54,646 nt of DNA from an uncultured Mollicutes bacterium (GTDB lineage: Bacteria; Bacillota_I; Bacilli_A; Acholeplasmatales; Anaeroplasmataceae): contig CALCWU010000140.1 of assembly GCA_937905855.1 (NCBI GenBank), forward strand, positions 1 to 54,646, read 5' to 3'. The notes below the pieces were generated by a model. That model was not told where the DNA came from, searched no databases, and saw only the letters and a list, made by a program, of their open reading frames with translations. The translations under genes were made by a program, and so were the position numbers. Positions 1-9,945 of the stretch are shown here, piece after piece; within the stretch, counting starts at the first letter, position 1, and every line of letters begins with the position of its first letter.

Positions 1-1
1 A

Positions 2-1948
2 AAGAAGCAAAAGAAGAATTTAAAAAGAATTATTATTGCCTTAGTAGCTTTTATAATCGTTAAGGTATTAGATTTAATTTTAGAACATGTAGGTGACTTT
101 CCAAATGGTATAGCATCTTTAATTCCTAGTGAAAGCTTTGGTTGGCTTTTAGCATTTGGCTTATATTTTATAATATATGTCTATATTGGTCATGATGTTA
201 TTAAAAAGGCCTTTGTTAATATCAAGAACGGTCAAATATTTGATGAAAATTTCTTGATGGTTGTTGCGACATTTGGTGCCTTTGGCTTAGGCTTATATAC
301 AGGAATTGTAAAGCATGAGCCTGAAGGATTTGATGAAGCTTGTGCGGTATTATTATTCTATCAGGTTGGTGAATGGTTCCAAAGCTATGCTGTTGGTAAA
401 TCACGTAAATCTATTTCTAGCCTTATGGATATTAGACCAGATTATGCAAATTTACGTCAAGAGGATAACACCTATGTAGAGGTAGATCCTAGTGAATGTA
501 AGGTAGGCGATATTATTTTAGTAAAGCCTGGAGAGAAGGTAGCTCTTGATGGTGAAATAATAAGTGGATCTACAAGCCTAGATACTAAAGCATTGACTGG
601 TGAATCACTTCCTGTTGATGTTAAGGCTGGTGATAATATTTTATCTGGTAGCGTTAATTTAACTGGTACTATTGAGGTTAGGGTTAGCAAGGAATTTTCT
701 AATTCAACAGTTTCTAAAATTTTAGATTTAGTTGAAAATGCCTCATCTGAAAAATCAAAATCTGAAAATTTTATAACTAAATTTTCTAAGTATTATACAC
801 CTATTGTTGTATTTTTAGCATTAGCTTTAGCTGTTTTACCACCTTTAATTATTGGCTTAGCTAAGGGCGATTGGTCAACTTGGTCATCTTGGATTTATCG
901 TGCTTTAAGCTTTTTAGTTGTTTCTTGTCCATGTGCTCTTGTTATCTCTGTTCCTCTTTCTTTCTTTGCAGGAATTGGTGGTGCCTCAAGCAACGGTATA
1001 TTAATAAAGGGTTCAATTTATCTTGAAAGATTTAATAATGCTAATATCTTTGTTTTTGATAAAACTGGAACTTTAACTAAGGGTAATTTTGTAGTTAAGG
1101 AAATAGTTCCAAATGATAAAAAGGATGAAATTCTTCATTATGCGGCTATTGCTGAGCAGATGAGTAATCACCCTATTGCTACATCTATTAAGAAAGCTTA
1201 TGGCTTAGAAATTAAGGATAATTATACAATTGAGGATATTTCCGGCAAAGGTATTAAGGCAAGTGGTGAGCATGAAATCTTATGTGGAAATGAAAAGCTT
1301 ATGGAGGCTTATTCTATTAAATATGAGAAGACAGATAAAATTGGTTCAGTTGTTTATGTTGCCCTAGATAATACCTTCTTAGGATATATTGTTATCGCTG
1401 ATGAAATTAAAGATGATGCTAAGGATACTATTAGTTATTTAAATTTCATTAATTCTAAGACAATTATGCTTACTGGTGATAATGAAAGAATTGCTTCTAG
1501 TGTAGCCAAGGAAATTGGTCTTAAGGGCTATAAGGCTTCCCTTCTTCCTCAAAATAAGGTAGAAGAGGTTGATAAGCTATTAAAGGAAAAGAAGAATCAA
1601 GATGTTTTGTGCTTTGTTGGTGATGGAATTAATGATGCTCCAGTTTTAATGAAATCAGATATTGGTATTGCAATGGGTGGAGTTGGTTCAGATGCGGCAA
1701 TTGAAGCTTCTGATATTGTTTTAATGCATGATGATTTAAAGAGTATTGGTACTGCTAAGAAAATAGCTAAAAGAACAATGACGATAGTTTATGAAAATAT
1801 TATCTTTGCTTTAGTAGTTAAGGTAATAATTTTAATCTTATCAGCACTTGGTATTACTAATATGTGGTTTGCGGTATTTGGTGATGTAGGTGTTGCGGTT
1901 ATAGCTATTTTAAACGCAATGCGTGCAAATAAAAAATACGAAGAATAA
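2..1948 (+). CDS. Heavy-metal-translocating P1B-type ATPase (Cd/Zn/Co-like), 5' end cut by window edge
   Basis: The frame is open from nt 2 (KKQKKNLKRIIIALVAF...GQIFDENFLMVVATFGAF), so the ATG at 254 is internal. Motifs read in the translation: SCPCALVISVP (CPC metal site), DKTGTLT (phospho-Asp), MLTGDN, GDGINDAP. Confidence 0.9.
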   Translation, partial: KKQKKNLKRIIIALVAFIIVKVLDLILEHVGDFPNGIASLIPSESFGWLLAFGLYFIIYVYIGHDVIKKAFVNIKNGQIFDENFLMVVATFGAFGLGLYTGIVKHEPEGFDEACAVLLFYQVGEWFQSYAVGKSRKSISSLMDIRPDYANLRQEDNTYVEVDPSECKVGDIILVKPGEKVALDGEIISGSTSLDTKALTGESLPVDVKAGDNILSGSVNLTGTIEVRVSKEFSNSTVSKILDLVENASSEKSKSENFITKFSKYYTPIVVFLALALAVLPPLIIGLAKGDWSTWSSWIYRALSFLVVSCPCALVISVPLSFFAGIGGASSNGILIKGSIYLERFNNANIFVFDKTGTLTKGNFVVKEIVPNDKKDEILHYAAIAEQMSNHPIATSIKKAYGLEIKDNYTIEDISGKGIKASGEHEILCGNEKLMEAYSIKYEKTDKIGSVVYVALDNTFLGYIVIADEIKDDAKDTISYLNFINSKTIMLTGDNERIASSVAKEIGLKGYKASLLPQNKVEEVDKLLKEKKNQDVLCFVGDGINDAPVLMKSDIGIAMGGVGSDAAIEASDIVLMHDDLKSIGTAKKIAKRTMTIVYENIIFALVVKVIILILSALGITNMWFAVFGDVGVAVIAILNAMRANKKYEE

Positions 1949-1953
1949 AAATA

Positions 1954-1992
1954 AGGTCAATTGTAAAAATAAAATTACAGTTGGCCTTTTTT
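1954..1992 (+). terminator. Rho-independent terminator after the ATPase gene
   Basis: A 10-bp stem (aggtcaattg / cagttggcct, 2 G-U pairs) with a 14-nt loop, followed by tttttt. It starts 6 nt after the stop codon. Confidence 0.55.
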
Positions 1993-2031
1993 GTTAATTT
2001 ATATAAAATAATATATAATTTTTAAAAAATG

Positions 2032-2060
2032 TTGACAATCAAGTTAAAAATAATTATAAT
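2032..2060 (+). promoter_or_regulatory. Consensus sigma-A type promoter (TTGACA-17 nt-TATAAT)
   Basis: TTGACA at 2032-2037, exactly 17 nt spacer, TATAAT at 2055-2060. It lies about 23 nt upstream of the GGAGG-preceded ATG at 2083 and overlaps the ORF-track start at 2029, which argues against that start. Confidence 0.6.
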
Positions 2061-2082
2061 ATTAAAAAAACAGGAGGAAATT

Positions 2083-2772
2083 ATGAAAAAAATTATTTAT
2101 TTATTATTAACAATGGTTTCAATATTATTGTATGTATTATCAATGCTTATCTATACACCAGTTAGTAGCTTTGTTTATTTTGGAATTTCATTTCTATTAA
2201 TTTTATTTGAGGTTATCTTTAATAAAGAGAAAAGAATTTATAATATTATAATACTTGCATCTTCAATGCTTATTTTAACAAAAGCTCATTTGATTTTTCA
2301 ATTTGGATTAATGTTTTATTTTATCTTTAAGCTTACTAAATCATTTACTACGCATAATTATCTAAAAATAGCATTAATATTTGGTTACTCATTATTAAGT
2401 GTTGGTTTTATTGTAATGCTTATTGGCTCTGTGATTTTACATAAAAATATAGTTATTCTTGGGGGAATAAATGAAATATGGCATTTTATACCTGCTTATT
2501 TTTGTTATTCGATGTTTTATTTTGTGATTGAGGCTAAAGATAATAAGATTATTAATTATCTATTTATGGCTATAGCTTTATTAACATTTTTAATTTGTAT
2601 ACCAATGAAGAAAAGCTATTCATATTTTAAAAATGGTAATTTAATGATGGTAATGGAGGATGCCTTTAATACTAATAATAATTGTGTGGTATGTAAAAAA
2701 GGCTTTTATACATTTGAAGAATTAGAAGCTAGAAATTGTAATGCTAATCAATTTATGAAGTTTTATAAATGA
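2083..2772 (+). CDS. Polytopic membrane protein of unknown function
   Basis: The ATG at 2083 is preceded by caGGAGGaaatt. The translation has about 6 hydrophobic segments and a Cys-containing C-terminal tail (NNNCVVCKKGFYTFEELEARNC). No family was recognised. Confidence 0.6.
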   Translation: MKKIIYLLLTMVSILLYVLSMLIYTPVSSFVYFGISFLLILFEVIFNKEKRIYNIIILASSMLILTKAHLIFQFGLMFYFIFKLTKSFTTHNYLKIALIFGYSLLSVGFIVMLIGSVILHKNIVILGGINEIWHFIPAYFCYSMFYFVIEAKDNKIINYLFMAIALLTFLICIPMKKSYSYFKNGNLMMVMEDAFNTNNNCVVCKKGFYTFEELEARNCNANQFMKFYK

Positions 2773-2773
2773 T

Positions 2774-2803
2774 AAAATCCAGTTCGATGAACTGGACTTT
2801 TTT
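2774..2803. terminator. Bidirectional terminator between convergent genes
   Basis: Perfect 8-bp stem tccagttc/gaactgga with a 3-nt loop, flanked by aaaa upstream and cttttt downstream. It sits between the 2772 (+) and 2802 (-) gene ends. Confidence 0.7.
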
Positions 2804-5800
2804 ATAATATAAAGGAATCAATTAATAGATCATTATCTAGTATTTCGATTTCTATTTTTTTATTATCGTTAAATTCTAAATAATAAATATTGTTAAATTC
2901 AACAATTTCGGATTTCCCATCAATTGTTATTTTTATTTTGGAGCTTTGATTTTTAGTTATTATACCAAAGGCTTTATTAGTAGTGTTTAGAACAATACTA
3001 CCATTACCTTTTATAATAAAGCCAAAGGTTGAAAGCTCATAATCCTTACTAAAGCTTTGATTTTTTGTTACATAATAGCTAGCCATACTAGGATTAACAA
3101 GCTTACCATTTGTATTTAAGGCCATGTTTATTTCTGATAGGGCAACATATCTATTAGTTACGGTTTCTTCAATTACTATTTTATAATAGCGTAGCTTGGT
3201 CTCCTTAATGCTTAAAGCAATTAATCTATTAGTAGGAGTTAAATCTTGATATTCATTTATTAGTCCTAGATTATTTAAGTCTTCACCACCATATAGCTTT
3301 AGCTTTTTAGGACTGTGGGTTTCATTACCATTATAGGTAGTTATATTTAAAGTATTAACTAGATAGCTTTTACCAAGATCAATTGTTAATTCAAATGGCT
3401 CGGATGTAATAAGCTTACCCTTAATACTATGGTAGCTAGTATTTTGATTACCATCTATGATATTTTCAATTTTATAATTATCGTCCCATTCCTTATATGA
3501 GTTTGTGTAGCTGATGATTTTTTGATTTGCTAAAGGGATGGCATAGCTATTACTTAGATATTCCTTAGGATAAGCATCATTAAATTCAAAGCTTGTAGGC
3601 TTATAGTCTAAATCATTATATAAGTAACTATTATCAATAGTCTTTAGCTCATTATAGCCACCATAAAGCTCTGCAAAGCCGTCAGAATCAAATGATTGAA
3701 TTATCATTTTAAAATAAATATAATCACCCTTTTTGACACTATAGGTAAGGTAATCATTATTAACATCAACAGGATTTGTTCTTAAGGAATTAATTTTATC
3801 AGTATAGGTACTTGTATTTAAACCGAGCTCTAATAGGGTGTTACTACGCTTTGAGGTTCTAACTCCTATTTTATATTCACCATCATTTGGCATATATATC
3901 TTACCATGATAAATATATATTTCATTATTTTTAATACCATTAACAAAATGCTTATTAATTTGCTCATTTAAAGAGGTTGTGTAGCCGGTAAAATTATTTT
4001 CGATAGCATCATCAATACTAGTATACAAAGCTTTATCATAGCTATATCTAGTGGCATCAATGCCCATATATTTAGGCTGAAGCTCAAAAATAATAGTTTG
4101 TTTATTATTATATTTGATTTCTTTATTAGTAATAGTTAGCTCTAAATTTATTTGACCAGAGGAATTAGTCTTATTAGGAGTGTAGGTTATTACATTATCA
4201 TTTGTTTTAATTTTACCATTTGCTGGCTTTGAAACCTTATTTATTTTATAGCTAAAGCCACTTGGAAGAACTAGATTTTCATCTAAATCAATTGTATAAT
4301 CGGCGTTTGCTTTTATTGGATAGGGATTAACGGTTATTATATTATTTTTATTAATTACTCTTCCTGTTTGTTCCTTTAGGGCAATAGGAATATATAGTGG
4401 TAAGCCATTATATTTGGCCTTTAACTCATCAGAAACATTTTGATTAATTAAAGAGAAGTAATATTCCATATTATATCCTGTAGCCTCACATAAGGCTTCA
4501 TACCAATTATCAGCACCACCAGCACCATTTTTGGCCTTGGCAGCCTTAATAAAGGTATCAACACCAAAGGTATGAATTATATCAGCATAGGTGTTAAGGC
4601 TAGAGGATGTTTCATTTTTACTGGCCTGATTTAGGGTTTCAGTAAGTGAGGTTTTAGGATCTAAATAGCGATTCCAACTAACAAGATTTGGTCTATTTGC
4701 GCTTATATTAGTATAATTTATGTAAGATAGTAGGTTTAAGGCATTATTTGTTACCTCATCCCCAGGATTAAAGCCATAGCGTTGAAAATGGTGATTATAT
4801 TCATGAATTGCACCCCAGCTGCCACTGGTAGTAAATTTTTCATAATCTAATGATTCACTCATCCAGCTTGGTGGAAGATTACACCAATTTCTACCTACAA
4901 ATGCTACTGCACTTCCTGCGGCAACAAATGGATCATAAATGAATGTTACCCCAATATCCTTAGCTGAGCCAGAGGGAATTTGCTTACTTATATTAGAAAT
5001 ACTAAGCCAAAGCTTAGATATTTTCATTAAGTTATCGTAATCTAAATTGACATATTTTTTAGGTCCGGAATGTCTTACTGAACTATCCCACACCTCTAAA
5101 TCAAAATATGGTGAGCTAGTGTTTTTTAATCTTTCAAATTCTTCCTTAGTAGTTAGGCCATAGATAAAATGACAATATTCTAAAGCATTAGAAATTGTAA
5201 TACTAAATTCACACTGATTATTTGGTGTTACATAAATTGGACCGCCTAAAAAGCTTCCTGCATACCCTATCTTAGTGGTTATTTCCATTTCATTACCCAT
5301 AAGTGGCATTCTTGAAAAATCATCTCTTTTAGCCCAAATATTATTTAATTGATTATTCTGTGAATACTGGCCAATTTCAATTTTAACACCACCGGTTTTA
5401 ATTAAATCCTCATCGCTAAGCTCTATTTTAATTACCTCACCAGCAGGAGCATAAAGACCAGTTATATAATTACCACGTCTAGTAGCATTTATATCAATTT
5501 TTTTGATTACGCCTGCTTCATTATCATCTGGTGTACCATAATAATTATTTAAAGCGGTTGTATGCTTATAAAGCTTTCTATCTAATAGCTCATCATTTAA
5601 ATAAAGATTACCATCCTCATCCATTTTGTCATAGGTAGAGCTGCTGCTTTTTAAATAATTAGCCTCATTAATTAAATTAGTTTTTTCCTCATCAGTAATA
5701 TTTTCAAGGCTTGTTCCATAGGTTGGATATCTATTACCCTCATCAGCTATTATAGCCTCTTGTCTTTTAGTTTCCCCTAAAATAGTAAAGCTTTGACCAA

Positions 5801-5912
5801 CCTTAACATTTTCTCCAGTAAATTCTACCTTAGCTTTATTATTATCCTTTCTACAACCAACTAGGGTTAAGGCAATTAAAATTGTAAGTAAAACATAATA
5901 TATTTTTTTCAT
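2802..5912 (-). CDS. Lipoprotein with M60-like (enhancin-like) zinc metallopeptidase domain, Ig-like/PA14-like middle region and discoidin (F5/8 type C, CBM32-like) C-terminal domain
   Basis: Lipobox signal MKKIYYVLLTILIALTLVGC. HEXXH motif GAIHEYNHHFQ (nt 4791-4805) is followed by GDEVTNNALN, matching the M60-like HEXXH...E pattern. The C-terminal NIIDGNQNTSYHS...LKLYGG...YVALSEINM resembles discoidin/CBM32. Confidence 0.75.
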   Translation of the reverse strand: MKKIYYVLLTILIALTLVGCRKDNNKAKVEFTGENVKVGQSFTILGETKRQEAIIADEGNRYPTYGTSLENITDEEKTNLINEANYLKSSSSTYDKMDEDGNLYLNDELLDRKLYKHTTALNNYYGTPDDNEAGVIKKIDINATRRGNYITGLYAPAGEVIKIELSDEDLIKTGGVKIEIGQYSQNNQLNNIWAKRDDFSRMPLMGNEMEITTKIGYAGSFLGGPIYVTPNNQCEFSITISNALEYCHFIYGLTTKEEFERLKNTSSPYFDLEVWDSSVRHSGPKKYVNLDYDNLMKISKLWLSISNISKQIPSGSAKDIGVTFIYDPFVAAGSAVAFVGRNWCNLPPSWMSESLDYEKFTTSGSWGAIHEYNHHFQRYGFNPGDEVTNNALNLLSYINYTNISANRPNLVSWNRYLDPKTSLTETLNQASKNETSSSLNTYADIIHTFGVDTFIKAAKAKNGAGGADNWYEALCEATGYNMEYYFSLINQNVSDELKAKYNGLPLYIPIALKEQTGRVINKNNIITVNPYPIKANADYTIDLDENLVLPSGFSYKINKVSKPANGKIKTNDNVITYTPNKTNSSGQINLELTITNKEIKYNNKQTIIFELQPKYMGIDATRYSYDKALYTSIDDAIENNFTGYTTSLNEQINKHFVNGIKNNEIYIYHGKIYMPNDGEYKIGVRTSKRSNTLLELGLNTSTYTDKINSLRTNPVDVNNDYLTYSVKKGDYIYFKMIIQSFDSDGFAELYGGYNELKTIDNSYLYNDLDYKPTSFEFNDAYPKEYLSNSYAIPLANQKIISYTNSYKEWDDNYKIENIIDGNQNTSYHSIKGKLITSEPFELTIDLGKSYLVNTLNITTYNGNETHSPKKLKLYGGEDLNNLGLINEYQDLTPTNRLIALSIKETKLRYYKIVIEETVTNRYVALSEINMALNTNGKLVNPSMASYYVTKNQSFSKDYELSTFGFIIKGNGSIVLNTTNKAFGIITKNQSSKIKITIDGKSEIVEFNNIYYLEFNDNKKIEIEILDNDLLIDSFIL

Positions 5913-5925
5913 TTTGATACCCCAT

Positions 5926-5949
5926 AAAAAAAGCTATGCAAAGCATAGC
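5926..5949 (-). terminator. Rho-independent terminator between hit and the M60-like gene
   Basis: On the minus strand: gctatgc-ttt-gcatagc followed by ttttttt. It begins 4 nt after the HIT stop, and its T-run ends only 13 nt before the M60 start codon. Confidence 0.6.
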
Positions 5950-5952
5950 AAA

Positions 5953-6354
5953 TTAACGTAGCTTTTCTTTGATTTTAAGAGCTATCTCTTTTAAATCATA
6001 TTGATGCTCATGAAATTTAATTTCTACATCATCATCCTTATATCTTGGAATTATATGAACATGAAAATGCATAACACTTTGACCAGCAGCTTCATTGCAA
6101 TTATTTAAAATATTCACGCCAAGTGCATTAGTGGCTTCAACTATTTTGCTAGCAAGCATATGAACCTTTGCCATTACCTTATTAAATTGATATTCACTTA
6201 TTGATAATATATTAGTACTGTGAATTTTAGGAAATACTAGGGTGTGACCTAGGGTTGCTTGAGATATATCAAGTATTGCTAAAACATCATCATCCTCGTA
6301 AATTTTAGTGCTTGGGATTGCACCATCTCTTATCATACAAAATACACAACTCAT
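5953..6354 (-). CDS. HIT (histidine triad) family nucleotide hydrolase
   Basis: Histidine triad HFHVHIIP near the C-terminus, an N-terminal CxxC (MSCVFC), size 133 aa, and an AAGGAAGGA SD upstream. Confidence 0.9.
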   Translation of the reverse strand: MSCVFCMIRDGAIPSTKIYEDDDVLAILDISQATLGHTLVFPKIHSTNILSISEYQFNKVMAKVHMLASKIVEATNALGVNILNNCNEAAGQSVMHFHVHIIPRYKDDDVEIKFHEHQYDLKEIALKIKEKLR

Positions 6355-6483
6355 AATATCGTCCTTCCTTCATAATTATATTATAATGAATTAAATTAAA
6401 TCTTCAAGGAAAATTCTTTATTTGATTGAAATATTTTGATATTTATTATATCATTTAATAGTGGAATATAAGGAGGAGTTAAA

Positions 6484-7716
6484 ATGAGTATTTTAGCTAA
6501 GCATGCAGTAAATAAGGAAGATAAAAGTAATATCATTACTTTAGGAATGGAGGCTAAGGCCGCAAAGAAAAAAAATCCTAAGGTAATAAACACAACAATT
6601 GGAATGCTATATGATGAGGATGGTAGCCTTTATACATTTGATAGTGTAAATAAGGTAATTGCCTCTTTAAATAATGATGAGAAATTTGCTTATGCCTCAA
6701 CACCAGGTAGTAAGGAATATCACGATGCTTTAAAGCACTGGGTTTTTCAGGATTACGAGGCTGAAATTTTAGCAAATATGCATTGTGCTGTAATGGCTAC
6801 TCCAGGTGGTAGTGGCGCTATTGGTAATACCTTGGCTAATTATTTAAACCCTGGTGATAAGGTCTTATTACCAAATTATATGTGGAGTAATTATAAGCAG
6901 TTTGCTTATGAAAGCTTTGAATCATACGATACCTATACATTATTTAATGAAGAAGGAAATTTTAATTTAGATAATTTAAGACTTAAAATGCTTGAATTAA
7001 AAAAATCTCAAGGAAGAATTGTTCTAATAATTAATGATCCTTGTCATAATCCTACTGGCTATACTATGAGCTATGAGGAGTGGATAGGCTTAATAAGTGA
7101 AATTAATATGTTATCAAGAGATGGCACACCTTTTGTTTTATTATATGATATGGCCTATATCGATTATGATCGAAGAGGCTTACAGGCTTCAAGAGATAAT
7201 ATTCGTTTATTTGAAAATTTAAATGAAAGTGTAATTGCTATTTTAGCATTCAGTGGTTCTAAAACCTTAGGATTATATGGACTTAGAATTGGTGCTCAAA
7301 TCGGACTATCAAAAAGTGAAGAAAATATTATTGAATTTGCTAGAGCAAATAAGTTTTCTTCAAGAGCTAAATGGGGATCATCATCCATACTTGGTATGAA
7401 TATAATAACTAAAATTTTTACTAATAAGGAATATGAAGAAAAATTTAAAAGTGAGCTAGATTATATTAGAGACATTCTTACTACAAGAGCTAATGTTTTT
7501 AAAGAGGAAGCAGCAAAGGTTAATTTGAAGACCTTACCATTTGATTCAGGGTTCTTTATTTCTATTCCTTGTGATAAGCCAATGGAGGTTTATAACGCTC
7601 TTGTGAAAGAGGATTTATATGTAATTCCTTTGGAAAATGTTATAAGAGTAACACTATCATCTATATCAATTGCGGAATGTAAAAAAATACCAGAAATGAT
7701 AAAAAGACACCTGTAA
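6484..7716 (+). CDS. Class I PLP-dependent aminotransferase (aspartate/aromatic type)
   Basis: AspC/TyrB-like layout. Motifs seen: YASTPGSKEY, INDPCHNPTG, and the PLP-lysine motif FSGSKTLGLYGLRIG. A GGAGG SD lies upstream. Confidence 0.85.
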   Translation: MSILAKHAVNKEDKSNIITLGMEAKAAKKKNPKVINTTIGMLYDEDGSLYTFDSVNKVIASLNNDEKFAYASTPGSKEYHDALKHWVFQDYEAEILANMHCAVMATPGGSGAIGNTLANYLNPGDKVLLPNYMWSNYKQFAYESFESYDTYTLFNEEGNFNLDNLRLKMLELKKSQGRIVLIINDPCHNPTGYTMSYEEWIGLISEINMLSRDGTPFVLLYDMAYIDYDRRGLQASRDNIRLFENLNESVIAILAFSGSKTLGLYGLRIGAQIGLSKSEENIIEFARANKFSSRAKWGSSSILGMNIITKIFTNKEYEEKFKSELDYIRDILTTRANVFKEEAAKVNLKTLPFDSGFFISIPCDKPMEVYNALVKEDLYVIPLENVIRVTLSSISIAECKKIPEMIKRHL

Positions 7717-7773
7717 TTTAGGCATTGGAAAAAAAATAATCTTTGCCTCTAAAAATGGCAAATATACAGTTTG

Positions 7774-7836
7774 AAACTGGAGGTTAGCGCTTACATAGTA
7801 CCATGAAAGTGTCAAATCTCCAGTTTTTCATTTTTC
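7774..7836 (+). terminator. Possible terminator / structured element downstream of the aminotransferase
   Basis: A 9-bp stem aaactggag/ctccagttt encloses a 35-nt loop and is followed by ttcattttt. The long loop makes the assignment uncertain. Confidence 0.35.
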
Positions 7837-7843
7837 ACATAAT

Positions 7844-7872
7844 TTGACATTTTTTTAAATATTTTGTATAAT
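7844..7872 (+). promoter_or_regulatory. Consensus sigma-A type promoter for the PPC/LRR module
   Basis: TTGACA at 7844-7849, 17-nt spacer, TATAAT at 7867-7872, about 60 nt upstream of the GTG start at 7934. Confidence 0.6.
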
Positions 7873-7933
7873 TTCATTGATAATCAAAAGTAAAATTTTT
7901 GATGAAAAATAGAAAGGAAAAGGTAGTACAAAA

Positions 7934-9943
7934 GTGAAAAAAATTAGTTTTATTATTTTTATGTCACTAATGCTATTTTTAGGTATTAGTGCAGCTGCCA
8001 AAACTGAAGACTTATCATTTGATGAGTATACAGGTGAGGCTTTAAGCGATGATTATGTTGAAGAAAAAGAAGATGGAATTTCAACATGTGGAGCAATTAT
8101 TATTGATCCTGGTTTAGGTGGAGAAGATAATGATGATGTGTTTGAAATGAATGATACACTAGCAACTGCAACAAATATCAATTCATATTTATCATATGAT
8201 TCGAATAACAAATGCAAGTTTGTTAAATATTTGTCAATTGTAAGTCATTCTAATGGTAATGCTGATATAGATTGTTTTTATTTTACAAATTCATATAAAA
8301 ACAAATATTTTAGTGTAAGTGTTGATGTGCCGGATTTTTTTAAATATTATATTAGCTTATATAGTGTTCAAGAAACATCACAAGGAACAAAATATGTTTA
8401 TGTTGGTAATTCATCAACTGTTATGAATTACTCAAATTTAGAAATAGGAAGTTATGTTATAAAATTTAGTTCTAGAAATAACACACAATCTAATTATTGT
8501 ATAACTGTTTCATTAGAAAGACAAAATAGTATCCGAAATCAAGAAAATAATTCTGAAGCAAATGCAACAACAATATATGAAGGCATCGACAAGAAGATTT
8601 ATTCAAATACAGGAATTATGTTTTTAAAGTTTTATCCATCAAAAACTGGGCTTTATAGATTATCTTGGGATTATAGTAGTATAGAGAGTATTGAAATATA
8701 TGAATATATTGTAGTAGATAATTTAGTTTATACAGGAAAATGCAAAAAAAAATATAAAATGTATGATAATTATAGCGAAGTAAGTTTATTTCAAAATGAT
8801 AAAAATGCAGAAAGAAAAGCAGGATATGAGGGGGAACATCAATATTATATTTGCGCGAAATTAAAAAACAATGGTAAGTATTTTAAAATTTCATATAAGC
8901 AAATAACATTTATTGATAACACAAAAACAGTTGGTGAGAATACGCCTTTTGAATTGCTTTTCCCGGTTGATGATCTTTCAGTTTTCACAACAGTTCATGA
9001 AAAAAGTAATATTGAAGAAAATGTTTTGGAAACAATCATTTTTGATAAAATGACGCAAAATACAGATTATTTTAAAATAAGTGATTATAATAAAATATAT
9101 GCTGGTATTAATGCTGAATCTGCAATATATTGTAATAATTTAACAGAATCAGCATCAGGGGCTATGCATGTTGAATTCTATAGATATGCAACAATTGATT
9201 ATCTATATGGAGATGATGGTGATGGAGAAACATATATAACTGATGCTATAGTAAATTATATGAAGTTTGCTATTTGTGAAGATTTTTCTGGAAGGAATAG
9301 TTCTAATAGTATTGTAGTCTTGATGAACTATAAATATGATTATGTATATGATTTGAATTTATTGGCTTTAAATCAACTCACAAGTGATATTTCTTTAAGT
9401 AATTTTAAATCAATTGTTTTTTCTTCAATTTCATCAGATATTGTTGTTGGTAATTTTTCTTCTGTTGAAAATACAACAGACAAAATGCTAATAAGTAATA
9501 TTGAAAAAGAAATTCTTGAAGATACAATTACTGGTGTAATAGGAGCAACTTCTTCAATATTAGGTACTTTATATGAAACTATAATTTATGCTGATAAAAT
9601 AATGTATAGATTAAATATGTCTGAAAGTGATGAAAAGAAAGTTTTAAACAAATTACCATCTAAAACAAAATGTGTTAAAATTACTTCGAGTAATGGCACT
9701 CTGATGAATACTAATATTAAATATTCTACTATGGAAACACACGTAATTCCATATTTTCCGTTTCAAAATGAACTGGAAAATTCAATTGCCGATACGATGA
9801 TTTTGAATATAAAAACTAATGGAATTAATAGATTAGTTGAAGGCACACTAGGCTATATATTGCAATTTGATATTATGTTTACGAGCATTTCAGGAAAAGA
9901 TTTTAATTATACATTTGATTTTTCAAGAAATATGGAGGATTAG
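7934..9943 (+). CDS. Secreted protein with two N-terminal PPC-like (pre-peptidase C-terminal-like) beta domains and an unrecognised 340-aa C-terminal domain
   Basis: GTG start and signal peptide MKKISFIIFMSLMLFLGISAAAKT. Two units (about aa 68-195 and 200-325) each open with an E-x-N-(D/N)-(T/S)-x-x-x-A motif (FEMNDTLATATNI; QENNSEANATTI) and carry the DxDxYxF-like pattern (DIDCFYF) typical of PPC domains. The rest is unrecognised. Confidence 0.55.
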   Translation: MKKISFIIFMSLMLFLGISAAAKTEDLSFDEYTGEALSDDYVEEKEDGISTCGAIIIDPGLGGEDNDDVFEMNDTLATATNINSYLSYDSNNKCKFVKYLSIVSHSNGNADIDCFYFTNSYKNKYFSVSVDVPDFFKYYISLYSVQETSQGTKYVYVGNSSTVMNYSNLEIGSYVIKFSSRNNTQSNYCITVSLERQNSIRNQENNSEANATTIYEGIDKKIYSNTGIMFLKFYPSKTGLYRLSWDYSSIESIEIYEYIVVDNLVYTGKCKKKYKMYDNYSEVSLFQNDKNAERKAGYEGEHQYYICAKLKNNGKYFKISYKQITFIDNTKTVGENTPFELLFPVDDLSVFTTVHEKSNIEENVLETIIFDKMTQNTDYFKISDYNKIYAGINAESAIYCNNLTESASGAMHVEFYRYATIDYLYGDDGDGETYITDAIVNYMKFAICEDFSGRNSSNSIVVLMNYKYDYVYDLNLLALNQLTSDISLSNFKSIVFSSISSDIVVGNFSSVENTTDKMLISNIEKEILEDTITGVIGATSSILGTLYETIIYADKIMYRLNMSESDEKKVLNKLPSKTKCVKITSSNGTLMNTNIKYSTMETHVIPYFPFQNELENSIADTMILNIKTNGINRLVEGTLGYILQFDIMFTSISGKDFNYTFDFSRNMED

Positions 9944-9945
9944 TC

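Noticed and set aside
254-256. ATG at 254 as the ATPase start
   Set aside because: The same frame is open back to nt 2 and encodes typical upstream TM sequence. The gene simply starts before the window.
222-690. ORFs 222-404(-) and 472-690(-)
   Set aside because: They lie antisense inside the well-supported P-type ATPase gene. They have no SD and odd composition, so they are shadow ORFs.
2029-2082. N-terminal extensions proposed by the ORF track. Examples: 2029, 17041, 20684, 22293, 25524, 26018, 30456, 39563, 49382 and 53665
   Set aside because: In each case an internal ATG or GTG has a properly spaced SD and/or yields a proper signal peptide. The upstream start either overlaps a promoter or SD or has none.
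6396-6775. ORFs 6396-6593(-) and 6578-6775(-)
   Set aside because: They are antisense to the aminotransferase 5' end and its promoter region. They have no SD and low-complexity translations.
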